A DNA stretch of 64,000 nucleotides from Leptogorgia sarmentosa (lineage: Eukaryota): positions 806,001 to 870,000 of the forward strand of contig OZ210884.1 in the NCBI GenBank assembly GCA_964658305.1. The letters are read 5' to 3'. The notes beneath the pieces are model-generated. The model was not told where the DNA came from. It did not search any database and saw only the letters and a program-made list of their open reading frames with translations. Every line of letters starts with the position of its first letter. Positions within the stretch are counted from its first letter, which is position 1. Shown here piece after piece: positions 11,619-24,269 of the stretch. A program made the translations under genes and the position numbers.

Positions 11619-12103
11619 CAGCGCCGGATTAGCCCATCATTGGGCCGGGGACAAAAAATCTAAAGGACCGAATTTCGCTAAATATGAAAACATGCATGAA
11701 ACATATATGTAATCAAATTGAATGTCTTGTCCATTATACCGTCAAGAACTATGAGCATAGAGTATAGCATATATTTTAATGTTAAAGTGGCATTTACCAC
11801 TTTAACATTAACTTAAGGGAGTTTCGTGTTCGATGCTAAGTAGGTTGAGGTTTGCAATCTGAGTTATCGTTGTCTATAGACGCAGAAAATTATTGAGTCG
11901 TTTAAGACTCTAGAACTTCTTGGTTGTCAATTCATGCAACTGGCCTAAATATATTGTGATTTTTAATGAGAATTTATGTTATTTGGAAACCCCACAGTAA
12001 CAGAAATTTTGTAAACAGTCAGTTTTTCTTGGGCCGGTAAATAAGCTTTTGAGCTGGGGCCGGGTGCAAATGCCCCCATTGCCCCCTAGATAATCCGGCA
12101 CTG
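11619..12103. mobile_element. hAT-type MITE (family A), upstream of PABPN1
   Basis: TIR CAGCGCCGGATTA / TAATCCGGCACTG; 8-bp TSD CCTGACAA/CCTGATAA; second copy at 42479-43278. Confidence 0.88.
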
Positions 12104-12515
12104 CCTGATAAACAGGCTCTGATCTGCACGCGAGATTTCGAGACATGTTCACATTGATAGATTTCGTCAAGCTTGCTGAAAATCTCTCGAAATTTTGCCG
12201 AATACGGGAGGGACTTTGCTTATGCGAATGCCCACCGGTGACTGGCAGCTTAGCTGATAGCTCTGATTGCTAACTTTATTCGCCAATGAATATTTCCGCG
12301 CGCAACAACTTTTATCGTTTGTCTTCGAGCTTTGAGCCTTCGAGCTGATTAGGTTGAGACAAAAGAGAAAAGTCGCTAGTGAGGAACCGGTCGGACAAGT
12401 AAACTTTTGCTTCAAGATGATTGTGCGTATCCCAAAGAAATAAACAAGAAAATATTTGAATATATATAGCCTGCATCATTGATATTTTTACATTTTGCGT
12501 CGGCGTTGTATATCG

Positions 12516-12557
12516 TCCCAGTCTCCCTCACGTTAAAATCCAAGATGGCGTCGCTGG
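12516..12557 (+). promoter_or_regulatory. Inverted copy of the PABPN1 5'UTR/start region with a YY1-like motif
   Basis: 41 of 42 nt identical to the reverse complement of 11317-11358; contains CAAGATGGCG. Function inferred only. Confidence 0.5.
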
Positions 12558-15139
12558 TGCCAAAAGCCCAAAACTCGTTAGTTCATGTCATTGTCACATC
12601 GCACTGCTTTGCGTACGACGACGAAGCAGAACCTGGGGAAACGAATTGTGTTCCAGAAATCCAGATGGATTGTTGCCAGCAACTCTTGAACAAAGAAGCG
12701 ACGGTAGAATAACTCTGGAACAGTGATAAGTGAAGATTCAAGACTGTTTAGACTTTAGCCTAATTAAAATAGCCGACGTAGACTAAATTTGAATGTATAT
12801 TTTTTTGCTTTTATTTAATATTCATCTGTAATGATATATTGTTAATTTTGATATCAATATATAGATATCAGTATAATTATTGTTTCCACATTACCGTCCC
12901 AATATCTATCAGTCGTTCTGATACTATCAGAACAAGTGTGTATGTCAAAAGAGCCCAATTTTATAGGCCCTTGCCTTCTCCTATTTAATTATTAGATTTT
13001 TGAATACTTAAAGAACAAATTGATTTGTTTTGATTTGATTTGATAAGGAAAATGGTCATAATTCATAACAAGTTAATATTCAGTGATTTTGCTAACTCTA
13101 GATTCAAATCATAGGACGAATCTTCGAAGTGAAGGCACGAGGTCGCCGTAGCGTCAAAACCCGGGTTATGTTTTCAGACAAATTTCACGCACTTATTCCG
13201 TCTCTGAGCATCTGTTTCTTCATTAGGGAATATATGCACAGATATTCCTTCAGTTTTGCTATCATTGGCGCAGCTAACTAAGTTAGGACCGCCAGCAACG
13301 CAAAGTTTTCCTCCGCGAGTAGCTTTACTACACTTGTGACGTCACACGGCATTAATATGGTGGTCGAAAAGTTCGCACGGAAGTAGCCAAAAACGCAACT
13401 TTGAAAGGCCATAAAAATGCGTTTGAAAAGAGCAATTTTAATTCTGTTTGCGGTAAACATATTCGGAGAGTAAGTACTTTGAAATAAGGCAATAAAAAAG
13501 GGGTCGAAAAATTCGTTGCAGTAACACTTTAAATACATTACACATGTTTTGGCATGTATGTAGTGCAGCTTTGCGCAGAGTGCTAGTATGTTGACTTGTG
13601 ACTCTTCCGCACAGTATTAACCATACATGTGTGCTCTCACTACGTGCATGTGCTGCAATACCCAGGCATCAATACATGCAAATTGTGCTGCAACAACCCT
13701 ACCAATTATATTTACCAGTTTCACATAGTTCATAATTATTATTACTTTAGAGAATTAACCTGTTCACCAATTAACGTATTGAAATGCGACTTTCATTCAA
13801 AGTAACCCAGAGAGAGGCAGTGATTTGTCCCCAAAACTGTGGAGGCTTTACAGAATTGGGGAAAAAGTGGGGAAGGGTGAAACTCTCGTTTTCACTATAA
13901 ATTATGACAAGCTTTTGTTGATAAAGTTCAATTTCTTAAAATTGTTACACATTTATTCAGGCATCAAGCAAAGCTTTCAGAAATCATTGAGATTGGGGCG
14001 CTTTCTCTCAGCCATAGTGCGAACAAAGAAAAAGTAATAAAGCGTATCGATCAGGTCGTATCAGGAATGTGGCGTCAGCGTATCTCTTTTCCGTCAGTGA
14101 ACTCTACTCACACACTCTACAATCAGATTACGAGCTCGAGAGTTCTATCAGATTTCTATTTCCCCCAAACATGAAAATATTGCAAAAAATAAACGTGTCT
14201 CAGAAGACGTTTTGTTTAACAAAAATTCACATCATGTTTCGCTACTCGCTATATCTATCGAGGATTAGTATACACCCAACCATCGTCTATTACAAATGCT
14301 ACATTCTGATTGGCAATTCAGCCGTCGTCTATTCTGTGATAGACCACGGTTCGCGAAAAAGCAAAGGAAAACAATATGGCTACTGCAGAAAATTCGCGTT
14401 TTGCTGAGGTTTCTGAAGAATTTTCTCGATATAAATAATTCTGGGTATAGAGTGTATATTAAAACAATTAGACAACTCGACCTCGTTGTCTAATTGTTAA
14501 ATAGATAGCAAGTAGAGTAGCCAATCAAATTACAGCATTTGCAATAGTATACTTGTATGATTCTACCAAATACGTATAGTAGAAAGTTCATTCATTCTTA
14601 TTACATGTTCCCGATGCAGGAACATGATAAAAACTTGGTTAAAAACGCCTCTGCCAAATTGCCACCTGCGTATCTCCAGTACATACAAGTACATAGATTA
14701 TACATTTACGCATAATTTACGCATTTACGCGTAAAACATTTACGCAAATAATTATGGCCATTTTCCTACAGCTGAAGCTAGCGTAAAGAAATTTTAAGAA
14801 ATTCTCATTCTCCGATACTCAGGCTATACTTGTAAAGACACAGAATCACAAATTTTTCTTTCAGATTGATAAACGTTTGTTGTTATACAAAACAGGTGGT
14901 TGTCGATTGCCAAGCGCGTCGCGCCGAGACCGCATCACGTCTGATATTCATTTCAAACAAACGAACCTGGCAACTGTGCCTAGCATCGTTCGGTCTGAGC
15001 AGACCGGGAAAACACGTTAAAAAATAAAAACGCCACGTTTTGCGTCCATAGCAAAAATACTAGAACTGCAGCTGGCAAACAGTGGTAATCTCAGCTACAA
15101 CAGCTGGCTATAAGCTACTGCAGCTACTAAAGCCAAGCC

Positions 15140-18100
15140 ATGAAGCTTCTTTATCAGGTAGGGAAACGTGAATCAATACAGCATTTAATTTGTAGACATT
15201 TTTACGAAACTTCCTACAAACTTTACCCTGCAAACTTCACCCACAACGCATGAAGTTGGGGCCTCAGGCTATTATTTCACGCTGGGAGCTCCCTATTCTT
15301 ATTAACTGTGGTTTGGATATACGACTATACGAATTACTCTGAGAGCTAAAGGCTGGAATTTTTCATCAATGTCGAGTCGTGTATCACTCTAGTATTACAA
15401 CTAAGTGCAACATGTGAAAATACTCAGTTGTCTGAATATGTTCGAGTTGTCTTCTTTCATTTAGTGAATTATGAAACACTTTCATAATTGCGTTTCCTTT
15501 ATCTGTATATCAACGTTCGCTGTACCACCAGTAATCATGTCATGTTTTGACACTTGTATATAAAACAGAACAGAACTTTCTCTACCGAATTGGCGCGTTT
15601 TGTCTTCCCTAAACGGTTAGGAGCCCTTTTGAACTAATGAGTAACGAGTTTTACTCCATTGCATGCGATAATCCGTTGGGAACGCGTTCTTTGTGAAAAA
15701 ACTTTGAAGTAAGGTAAAGTCGAAGAATACAGTGCTTCCCATTGACTTCATATTATTGCGCATGCAGGGCCCGCGGATAGAGTTGGGGCCTATGTCCTAA
15801 ATTGAATTTTCTGTGTTTTTTATTTACGCGCGTTATTTCCTGCCTTTTAAGAGAACCCTCAACATAATATCCTAAGGCCATCGTCATAGAAACTATTGTT
15901 ATTACTCATCTGTTTCATTCACGTAATTCAGTAATTTTATCTCAAAAAAGTGGGCGCTGCAGCCTTCAATGTGTAGCGACCACGAGCTTTCTCTATAACC
16001 TCAAGTCTTACACCTGAAGTTCAACTGATTTTGTTTTTTTGTTTCCTACATTTATCCCACTATTGTCAGTCATCGTTTCCCAGTGTTCTATTTCCTGTTA
16101 ATCAAAGTTCGTTCACACACATAAATATACCCTATAGACGTCTCGTTACAAATGTATTCGCCTACGAGATAACAGTCATTATGAAATAATTATGTGACAT
16201 TTCTTATCCAATATTTTTTACAGCTCATTCTCTTCACTGGTGTATTTCAAATTGTGATTTCTGGCGGGACAAATTATGGTAGGTCATGGGGTTACCCAAA
16301 ATCGTTGTATTGCAGAGAAAAAGAGAAATAAATGTTCCGTTCTATTCCTGAGTTTAGATCAATTCGACATGATGCTTACTTACTATAGACACTTGAAAAA
16401 GAGTTTAGAACTGCATGATAAAGATATATCCAGGGTGAAGAAAGTTTAATCTTTCTCACTGAATCTTTAGGGAAATGCTCCTTATACTGCACCTCTAGTT
16501 TGGATCTGATAGATCCATAATTGAATAATGTCGGGCTTGGGTGTTTTCCTGTAGTAACACGTACTGGGTCAATAATACGAAATGATCTTTACTGGACTAG
16601 ATCTGGACTGGACTTCCTAGGAAGAACAGTTTAGGGCTGATAGCTAGACCATAGAATAATTATAGAATAATTTCCCGAGAGCGCTCAACTTTTAGGAGCA
16701 GTAATTATAATAAAAAGAAATATAGTTCTGACTTCAATAGTATTTTAATTAACTTTATTGCGACAGTTCTGTTTCGTATGGTCAATAGATGACCACACCA
16801 TAGATTAAGTAACATATAGATGTGAAACTCCCATACTATTTCCAGTCACACGGTTTTCGGCAGCTGACGTCATTTCCACGCGCCACGCGAAAGCACACGA
16901 AAGTTTTCAATAAGCAACAAACCTCGAATTAATATGAAAAGTGTAGGAAAAACGCTGAAAATCAGGTTTTATTATGAACTTATGTTGCCGATGACAATTT
17001 TTGGTCAATATTTGTTGAGAATAGAGGTCAGTTGTGTATGATTTTCAATAAATATGTTCTGCTAGGCTTGACGATGGTTTTTTTCACAAATATTTTTACT
17101 CAACCCAGTTTCATGCTCACACTGGTCACTGTGTTTATCAGTTTATCTGCCTACATGGTCGTATTTTTTAACAGTATTACATAATGACAAACAGCCATAT
17201 GCCTGTGAAGCCTCTAAGTATTGCATTTTAACTACTTTACCTACTTAGTATTTAGGCCAAACTCAAACTTGTAAAAGTACACTGCAAATGACTGCTTTTA
17301 AAACACTCCATATATAATATTTTGTGGGTTTCAACTTTTAAAATACAAGAGTTTTTAATACTCTCGCCAATTTTTTAGATGTGAATTTTCAAATGTTCGC
17401 AAAAGCGTACAGAAATAAGCGAGAAATAGGAATCGCTTCGCAAAGAAACCAGAAGGAATTTCGTAAAATGGCTCATATAAATATATTTCAAGGACAAAGA
17501 ACGCAGTTGTCGTTTTTGTTTATTCGTTTCCGAAATCTTAAACAACCTAACTATATACTAACCTTGTTTTTTTGTGAAATGCCTTCAACAAACGTACGTT
17601 CGAAGCCATTCTGATGTTTTGCTTATAAAAGACGCTCCTGGAAATGTTTTTTTTCGTTTTCCTCACTGCAGGAAAGTTTTCATTGATCCAATTGTTGCCG
17701 AAAATTTGAAGAACACCCAGCTGTTGTATTTTTTTCAGCAAAATAGCCAATCGCCCAAACAGATTCCTTAAAAATGCGATTTGTTTGTGAAAAAATCGGC
17801 TTTTCCATATTAATTCAATGCAAAAATGTCGATGTTGCTTATTGAAAAGTTGCGCATGCGCAGTAAAGCGTGTGACACAAAACGCCGCGAGTTTCACATC
17901 TATATGTTACTTAATCTATGACCACACTCATCAGGCAATTTATAGCAATTGACCGTTAATTTAATAGCTGGCGTTTTACAAGCGTGCTTACGATAGTTTT
18001 AAAAGACCGTTACAGATTTAAATTTTATCCAAGCGCGTGCGGTTTCGTATTATTAAGTATTCTAAAGTTTCTTAGAGTAAATCCATAGGTAGCCCAACGC

Positions 18101-21100
18101 ACGCTTGACGTAGTATTTATTAGTATATAATACTACGTCATGCGTGCGTTGGGCTACCTATGGTAAATCTGTTTCTATGGGGACATGAACTTGCTAGTTA
18201 ATTTCTCTTGTTCAAAGTACATAGGTTCTTTTTACAGATGATATAAAACTTCTCTAAGAGGCATAAATTACATTTGTTGTTGACATTACAAACGTATGGT
18301 TTACATTTTTTAAAGGTGATGTCCACTCCGTTCTGCGCATCGGTTCTGCTCATAACAAATCGGGACCCGCAGATATAACATTGCAAAAATTTTGTAATGT
18401 TCCGAACTTTTTTTGAATCAAAACTCTGGTTTATATCCATTTATGACCATAGCAAACTAAAACAGCGTTAGATATGCTGTTAGTATTATCATATTTTACA
18501 AATATAGCTGTTCAAAATGTCAACAAAGCATTTGTTTACATTATGAGTGGAAGGCACCTTTAAGTATTTTCCATTTTAATTGAAAAGTTTTGTTTCCATC
18601 TTTTAAACTCCATATATATTTTGACAGTTCAGTTTCGTTTTGCTTGTTTTTATGTCGGAATGAAGCTTTGTGGTTTCTGTATCGTTCTTTGAAGTTAGTT
18701 GCAAGCCCAATGTAAGTCTGTATTTCGTTTGGGGTAGTCACAGTGGCTTGGTAGACTACGTTTGCTTGGAGGCATTGTCCTTCAAGTGGACACTCTTGCT
18801 TCTTGCGGCAGTTGCATTCCTTTGTTAGTTTTATGGGATCTGGCGTCTGGGATTTCTGAGAAAGGAGCTTTTTGTTGTGTGACGAGATGATGGTTTTCAT
18901 GTTTGGCATGCAAGAGTAACTCAACTTTAGTGTGTGCCTGTTGAAGATCTTGTTTAAGCGGTGGTTTGGTGGAAAGCATTTATCGATTATTGCCAAAAAT
19001 TTCTTCGCAATGCAGGTTTTAACATTCGAGTTCCATGGGGGATTATACCACGTGATGTTTCGCTTTCGGTTTTTTCTTTTCTTAGATGTTTGATTGGGTT
19101 TGGGTTCAAATGTTAGTTTATAATTGTAACCACTTTCTTCAAGGGCTTTTTGATAAGGGGGGATAGCTTCATCGAAAACTTGTTTTGATGATGAAATGTA
19201 GGTTAACCGTCTGTTGATGTTTTGTGGGATGTTTTTTAGAAGTGCTGGGGGGTGATTACTTTGTCGGTGGACATACAATAACTTGTTGTTGGGTTTCATG
19301 TAAGGCTTGTAGGTTCCGCTTTTGAGGACGAGGGTTACATCGAGGAAATTTACTGTTTTCTTATTTGCTTCGATCGTGATTTTAAGGCCGTTGGATTTAA
19401 ATACTTTACTAACCTCTTGCTTTATTCGTTCGATTTCTTTTGCAGTTGCTTTGCACACTGCAATACCGTCATAACGATAGAGGCCAACTTGATCTTTGAA
19501 TTTGGGGGCGATGAATGATAACATGTATAGTCCTATAAGTTCACAGGTTTTGTACGAAGGAAGGATTCTCTTATCATCTCTTATTCGATAGTTCGCCTGC
19601 ATTTTTCAATTAGTTTCAAATCAACACTGAAGTAGAGAAAGAGAGTTTATTTCTTTGAATATAATTGTCATTTGTCCGTCCAACTAAGATGTTAAAAATA
19701 AAAAAAACAATAGAAATCAAATGACTTGATAATTTTCGCAATTTCAAATCAAATGTGGACTGACTGTCCCTGATTTGTAAAGCGATGTCCCCCCCTCCCC
19801 CCCTCCCCCCACACACCCAAATAATGTGCGCCCTGCCTCCAGGAAGTACGGTTTGATATACGGTACATACAACTATTCAATTTAGGTAAAGTTAATTTAA
19901 CGTAGCAAAGTTTATTGAAAACCTTGATGAATGTTTTACCAATTTCTAGATGCCACACGTTGGATAACATCGTATCGAAAACCTGCGACCTTATCTTCAA
20001 CTGACGGCGGGCTAGAAGCGTCCTTTGCAACCGACGGAAACTTCAAGGCCGTATACACTACAAATCCTGAAACGAATTTTAGTATGACCTTAACTGAAGC
20101 AAGTCCTTGGCTTCGAATTGATTTGGGAAAAAGTCTACCAGTGTGTATTCTTCGGCTAATCGCACCAACATACCCAGGAGTAGGAACACAAAATCGTCTG
20201 GTAGTTCGTATTGGTAATGATTTAAACAGAGGATATTGCACGGTCAGTGCGAAGATTTGAATTTAATCTTCGAGTTATGAAAACAACATTTTACAAATGA
20301 GCGCAGCGATTGAGGAAAATATCAATTTACCACGAGAGGATAAAATTCATATCTTCGAACCGCCGTGTAATTTTGTTTTTATTATAGCTACAGTCGGCAA
20401 TGCTACATTTTTCAACTAATTACATCATATTATCCAAACTCAAGGAATCCCTCGGCATCACTTTAGTGTCGTCGACAAAAACATGTTTTTTCATTGAACA
20501 AAGCCAAGAATTGGTTCGCTGTTAGAGAAAACATCGCCATTTGGAAGCAATTGGCGGGAAATGATCACGTGACGTCGTGATCGATATCTTCACTATTGAA
20601 AATATGGAAAATATCTCCGTCTCGCTGTGCATTTTTCTAATATGTATTAAGTGCAAATGTTTTCGCTATTGCATCTTAGCATGGACAAATTAAATGCTAT
20701 GAAAACTAGGATTTAATGTATTACACTTTGTGTACTGTAATTTGTCTTAGTTTTCCCCCGCCAACATGGCGGCTAAAGTACGAAGCGAAGCGTGAATGGA
20801 AGCGTGCCATGTATGGCGTCATGCGCAAGTGGTCCATAGAGGCAAAATAAATGTGCACACTTTCATTCACTATTCAAGATAAATCTGAGACAATCACTAA
20901 AGTTTTGTGAATGATCTATACTGTTTTGTTTGCTTTTAGGTGATAGCCCGATAGCCACACAAAATCCGGCGTGTGGCGCTATGTTTACGCTTGGGAACCC
21001 CCCGCAATGGAAGGGTTTGAATTGCAGAATGAAAGGACGTTATATTGACATAATACGTGACATTGAATCCCCACTGAGAATTGCTGAGGCTGTTGTTTTT

Positions 21101-22808
21101 TGCAAGCCCCTAGGTAATGGAGTGGCCCTTACAGACGAGCATGTTTTCTATGACAAGTTTTCATATGACAAGTTTACTTTGCTCGTCTGTACGTCCCATT
21201 TTGCCAATTTTTTCTATGACACGTCCACTTGTTTAAAAGCTAGCATGGGGCTTAATGGGCTGGCCCTACGTGTTTTAACACTATGGACCTTTCCCCTTCT
21301 AGACGAATTCTTGAATTAAGAAATTTCATTGGACAGTTTGAATAAGCATCATAAATTTAACAAAATTGTGAGGTTGGCATGAGGTTTGGTATTACGCACG
21401 GCAAAGTGATGTCAGGATCACATTTGAGATGTGATTATCACATTGACGTGCAGCGTGAAACGAAAGTATACAAAATTCGCAAACTTTAAAAATGATTCCA
21501 CGTTATTTCGCAACCAAACCTCACAATTTTACTAAATTAATGATGCCCATTCCAGCTGTGGTGATGAATTTTCCTCTTTCGAAAGTTGTCTGAAAAGGGA
21601 AAGGCCATTCACGATGCACTTTCGCTATATCGCGCAGTTTGTCTGCCCTTCTCACACAGCAATTTAATGCTGCACAATGTTAGCTTTGTTTAGCAGGCTA
21701 TTATAATCGTTCTTCCTGTTGGTGAACTGTCATTACCATCGGCAAAATGGTAGATGAAGCCTTAGCTCTGAAATGGTCGTTTCCAGAATATTGTAGAGCT
21801 TCTAAATCTTCAACATTTTTAAGAAATATTGTTGGGTAATAAACTTGCAGTAGAGCTTAATCGCATTTGAAACTTGCTTGTCTATATACAACAGTATAGT
21901 AAAATGGCAAATCAGTTATGAAGGTTAACACGCAAAAATATAATCTTAGCAGCAAAAATAAAGTAACATGCTTTTTTGAATTACTCTAAAATGTAACTTT
22001 TAATTGTACTTACAGAAAATATCGCATACAAGAAAAAAACAGCAAACAGTAGTTCATATGACTCTAATAACGAAGCGGATAAAGCAGTCGATATGCTCGA
22101 GGGTCATGCATTTGTATCCAAGGCAGGATCTTACAATTGGATGAGGGTTGATCTGGACGATAGCCATCTTATACACGAAGTCTTGTTTTTCGCTCGTGAC
22201 TCGTGTTGTTCCCAGAATCCAGATGCTCACCACGGCTTTGAGCTGCGCATAGGTATCGTATGATATTTCAAGTTTTATTTGAAAACGATCTGTTGTGTCA
22301 TCATACGCATGTGCAAATAACAGTGGGCTGCGTATATATCTATATATATATATAGTATAGTTTTGCCTCAAAAAGGTGCCACTACAGCCTGTTTCATCCA
22401 AAAGGAATCATCAGCAAAACTATACTATTTGCTCTATCTATATGGTATCGAGCATTCTTTTGGCATTTCGTTAACCAAAACTTTAGCGTATTGTATATAC
22501 AAATTTCGCTATGTTATGTGGCCAGTGTATAGATATAGGGAATAACAACATTCACTAGCAGCAAAAGTTCTACTCACTACCTAAACAATGCACCTGGCCA
22601 GCGAGGGGGGACAAATACCCCGGGGCCCGGACCGTTCAAGGGGGCCGCGAAATGTCGTAATTAAAAATGTTAATATGGTTCCCGTGTTTGGCTGGCCTGA
22701 TCCAAACACGCGGGAATGTTGCGAGTGTTAAGAAAAGCGCGCTAAATCACGAGCCGGAGGCGATGTCGTTAATCGTGATGAAAATGCGTTCCGTGAATCG
22801 TGAAGGCC

Positions 22809-22845
<37 letters not shown>

Positions 22846-24234
22846 TATTATTATTATTTATTATTATTATTATTATTTATTAATGTTTTCGCTTCAATAT
22901 TCGGCGCCAATAAAACATAAAGGTAAAAAGAACAAAACATTTTTTTGTTTCGGAAACTCCGAAGTCAACCAGTCGTAGACTTCCGCAGACCTTTGTAGAC
23001 TTTAAAATCATTTTCAGCAGTATGAAAAAAGCCAATTTCTTATGAATCTGAGACACCGATTACAGGAATATACAAATATTTCATTCATTAGTTCCTCAGT
23101 GTGCTAACACGAAGTTGTAATGTTGTTTTGAGAGTTTTGAAAAAATCGTGAAAATGGAATTATCTTCTTCGTGATTCATGAAATTTGAAAAACATCTTTT
23201 CCCCCCATCCCCCCATCCCCCCGCCCCCGCCCCCTTGAACTCTGTAATTCTCTTGTTTAAGTGACTCATGTGACACTGTCCTTGACTTACATTGTTTAGG
23301 AGACAGCCTAGCAAATGATGGTAATTCGAACCCACTGTGTGTGAAATACGACTTGGAGGTTGCACAAATGAGATCGTTCTATTGCGACATGTTTGGTAGA
23401 TATGTGAATATAAATCGTGCTGGACACATGTATGTTGGTGAGATTATCATTAACCCTGAAACCACAGGTATGTTGGACAACAGACAATCAGATGAATGTA
23501 GTGGAAAAGCAGGCAAAAACGCTGGTATTGCTATAAAGGGACTGGGATTGTTTGGGCGCGTAACATGACGATATAACCCCATTTTTGTAAGACGGACACT
23601 TCTCTAATATGGACAAAAACCGCCCTTGATTGAAGACATCACTATAATACAAAAACCGCCCTTGATTGAAGACATCTCTATAATACAAAAACCACCCTTG
23701 ATTGAAGACATCTCTTTAATACAAAAACCGCCCTTGATTGAAGACATCTCTATATTACGAATATCTTTAGATATAGAAACCCCTCTTTAAGAGACCTTTT
23801 TCTAAAATATTGGACGCTCCTCTTATCGAGGAAGTTTGAGCTTGAGAGTCTGTGGTTTGACTACTGTGGGAATGGTCGCGATTGCATCAAACTTCCTAAT
23901 AGTTTTAGTAATATTTAGTTTTGCGAAGAAAACATTTTATATAAGTACTAAGTATTTAGTTGGTAAAGTCTGCTCACTAGCTCGGTGTACGGACAACCGT
24001 AAATCAGTTAGAATTTATATCATGATCAGCGTCTAACTAGTGTTATATTAAGCCTTCGTTTGTTCTCACACCGAGAAAGTGCCTATGTCAGTTTGTATAG
24101 ACAGAATAGTCATACGCATGGGGTGAGGTATTAATTGGGACGTAAGTCCTGTTCCACATTCCAGTCACGTGTGTTGTCTTGTAGCATGTTATATTTATTG
24201 TTTATCAATGTCTTTGTAAATGTTGTGACAAATT

Positions 24235-24269
<35 letters not shown>

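Larger units (their letters stand above)
16705..19560 (-). mobile_element. 5'-truncated, inactivated Penelope-like retroelement (RT C-terminus, GIY-YIG endonuclease, pLTR with hammerhead), interrupted by three DNA transposons
   Basis: ORF 18541-19602 contains TCELIGLY..GLYRYDG (RT YRDD mutated), VNFLDVTL, SNHPP, NITWYNPP, KLSYSCMPN, CNCR..CPL.G.C and VVYQATV..YIG..FKERYRNH (GIY-YIG). The C-terminus CKPY..CNLCLLEK..LNKRN*LASSCPH resumes at 18165-18313. Lies in intron 2 of the mosaic gene. Confidence 0.93.

Noticed and set aside
17574..17771. THAP domain in the P-like element (VFFRFP)
   Set aside because: The C2CH ligands and AVP motif are not found in frame; one short motif is insufficient.
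18541..19602. 353-aa ORF as a host gene or active retroelement
   Set aside because: It is a truncated Penelope RT/EN with catalytic YRDD changed to YRYD. Its N-terminal residues come from flanking DNA and its stop lies in a MITE.
22667..22978. Poly-Leu/Tyr membrane-protein ORF
   Set aside because: Artefact of the intronic (TAT)n microsatellite.
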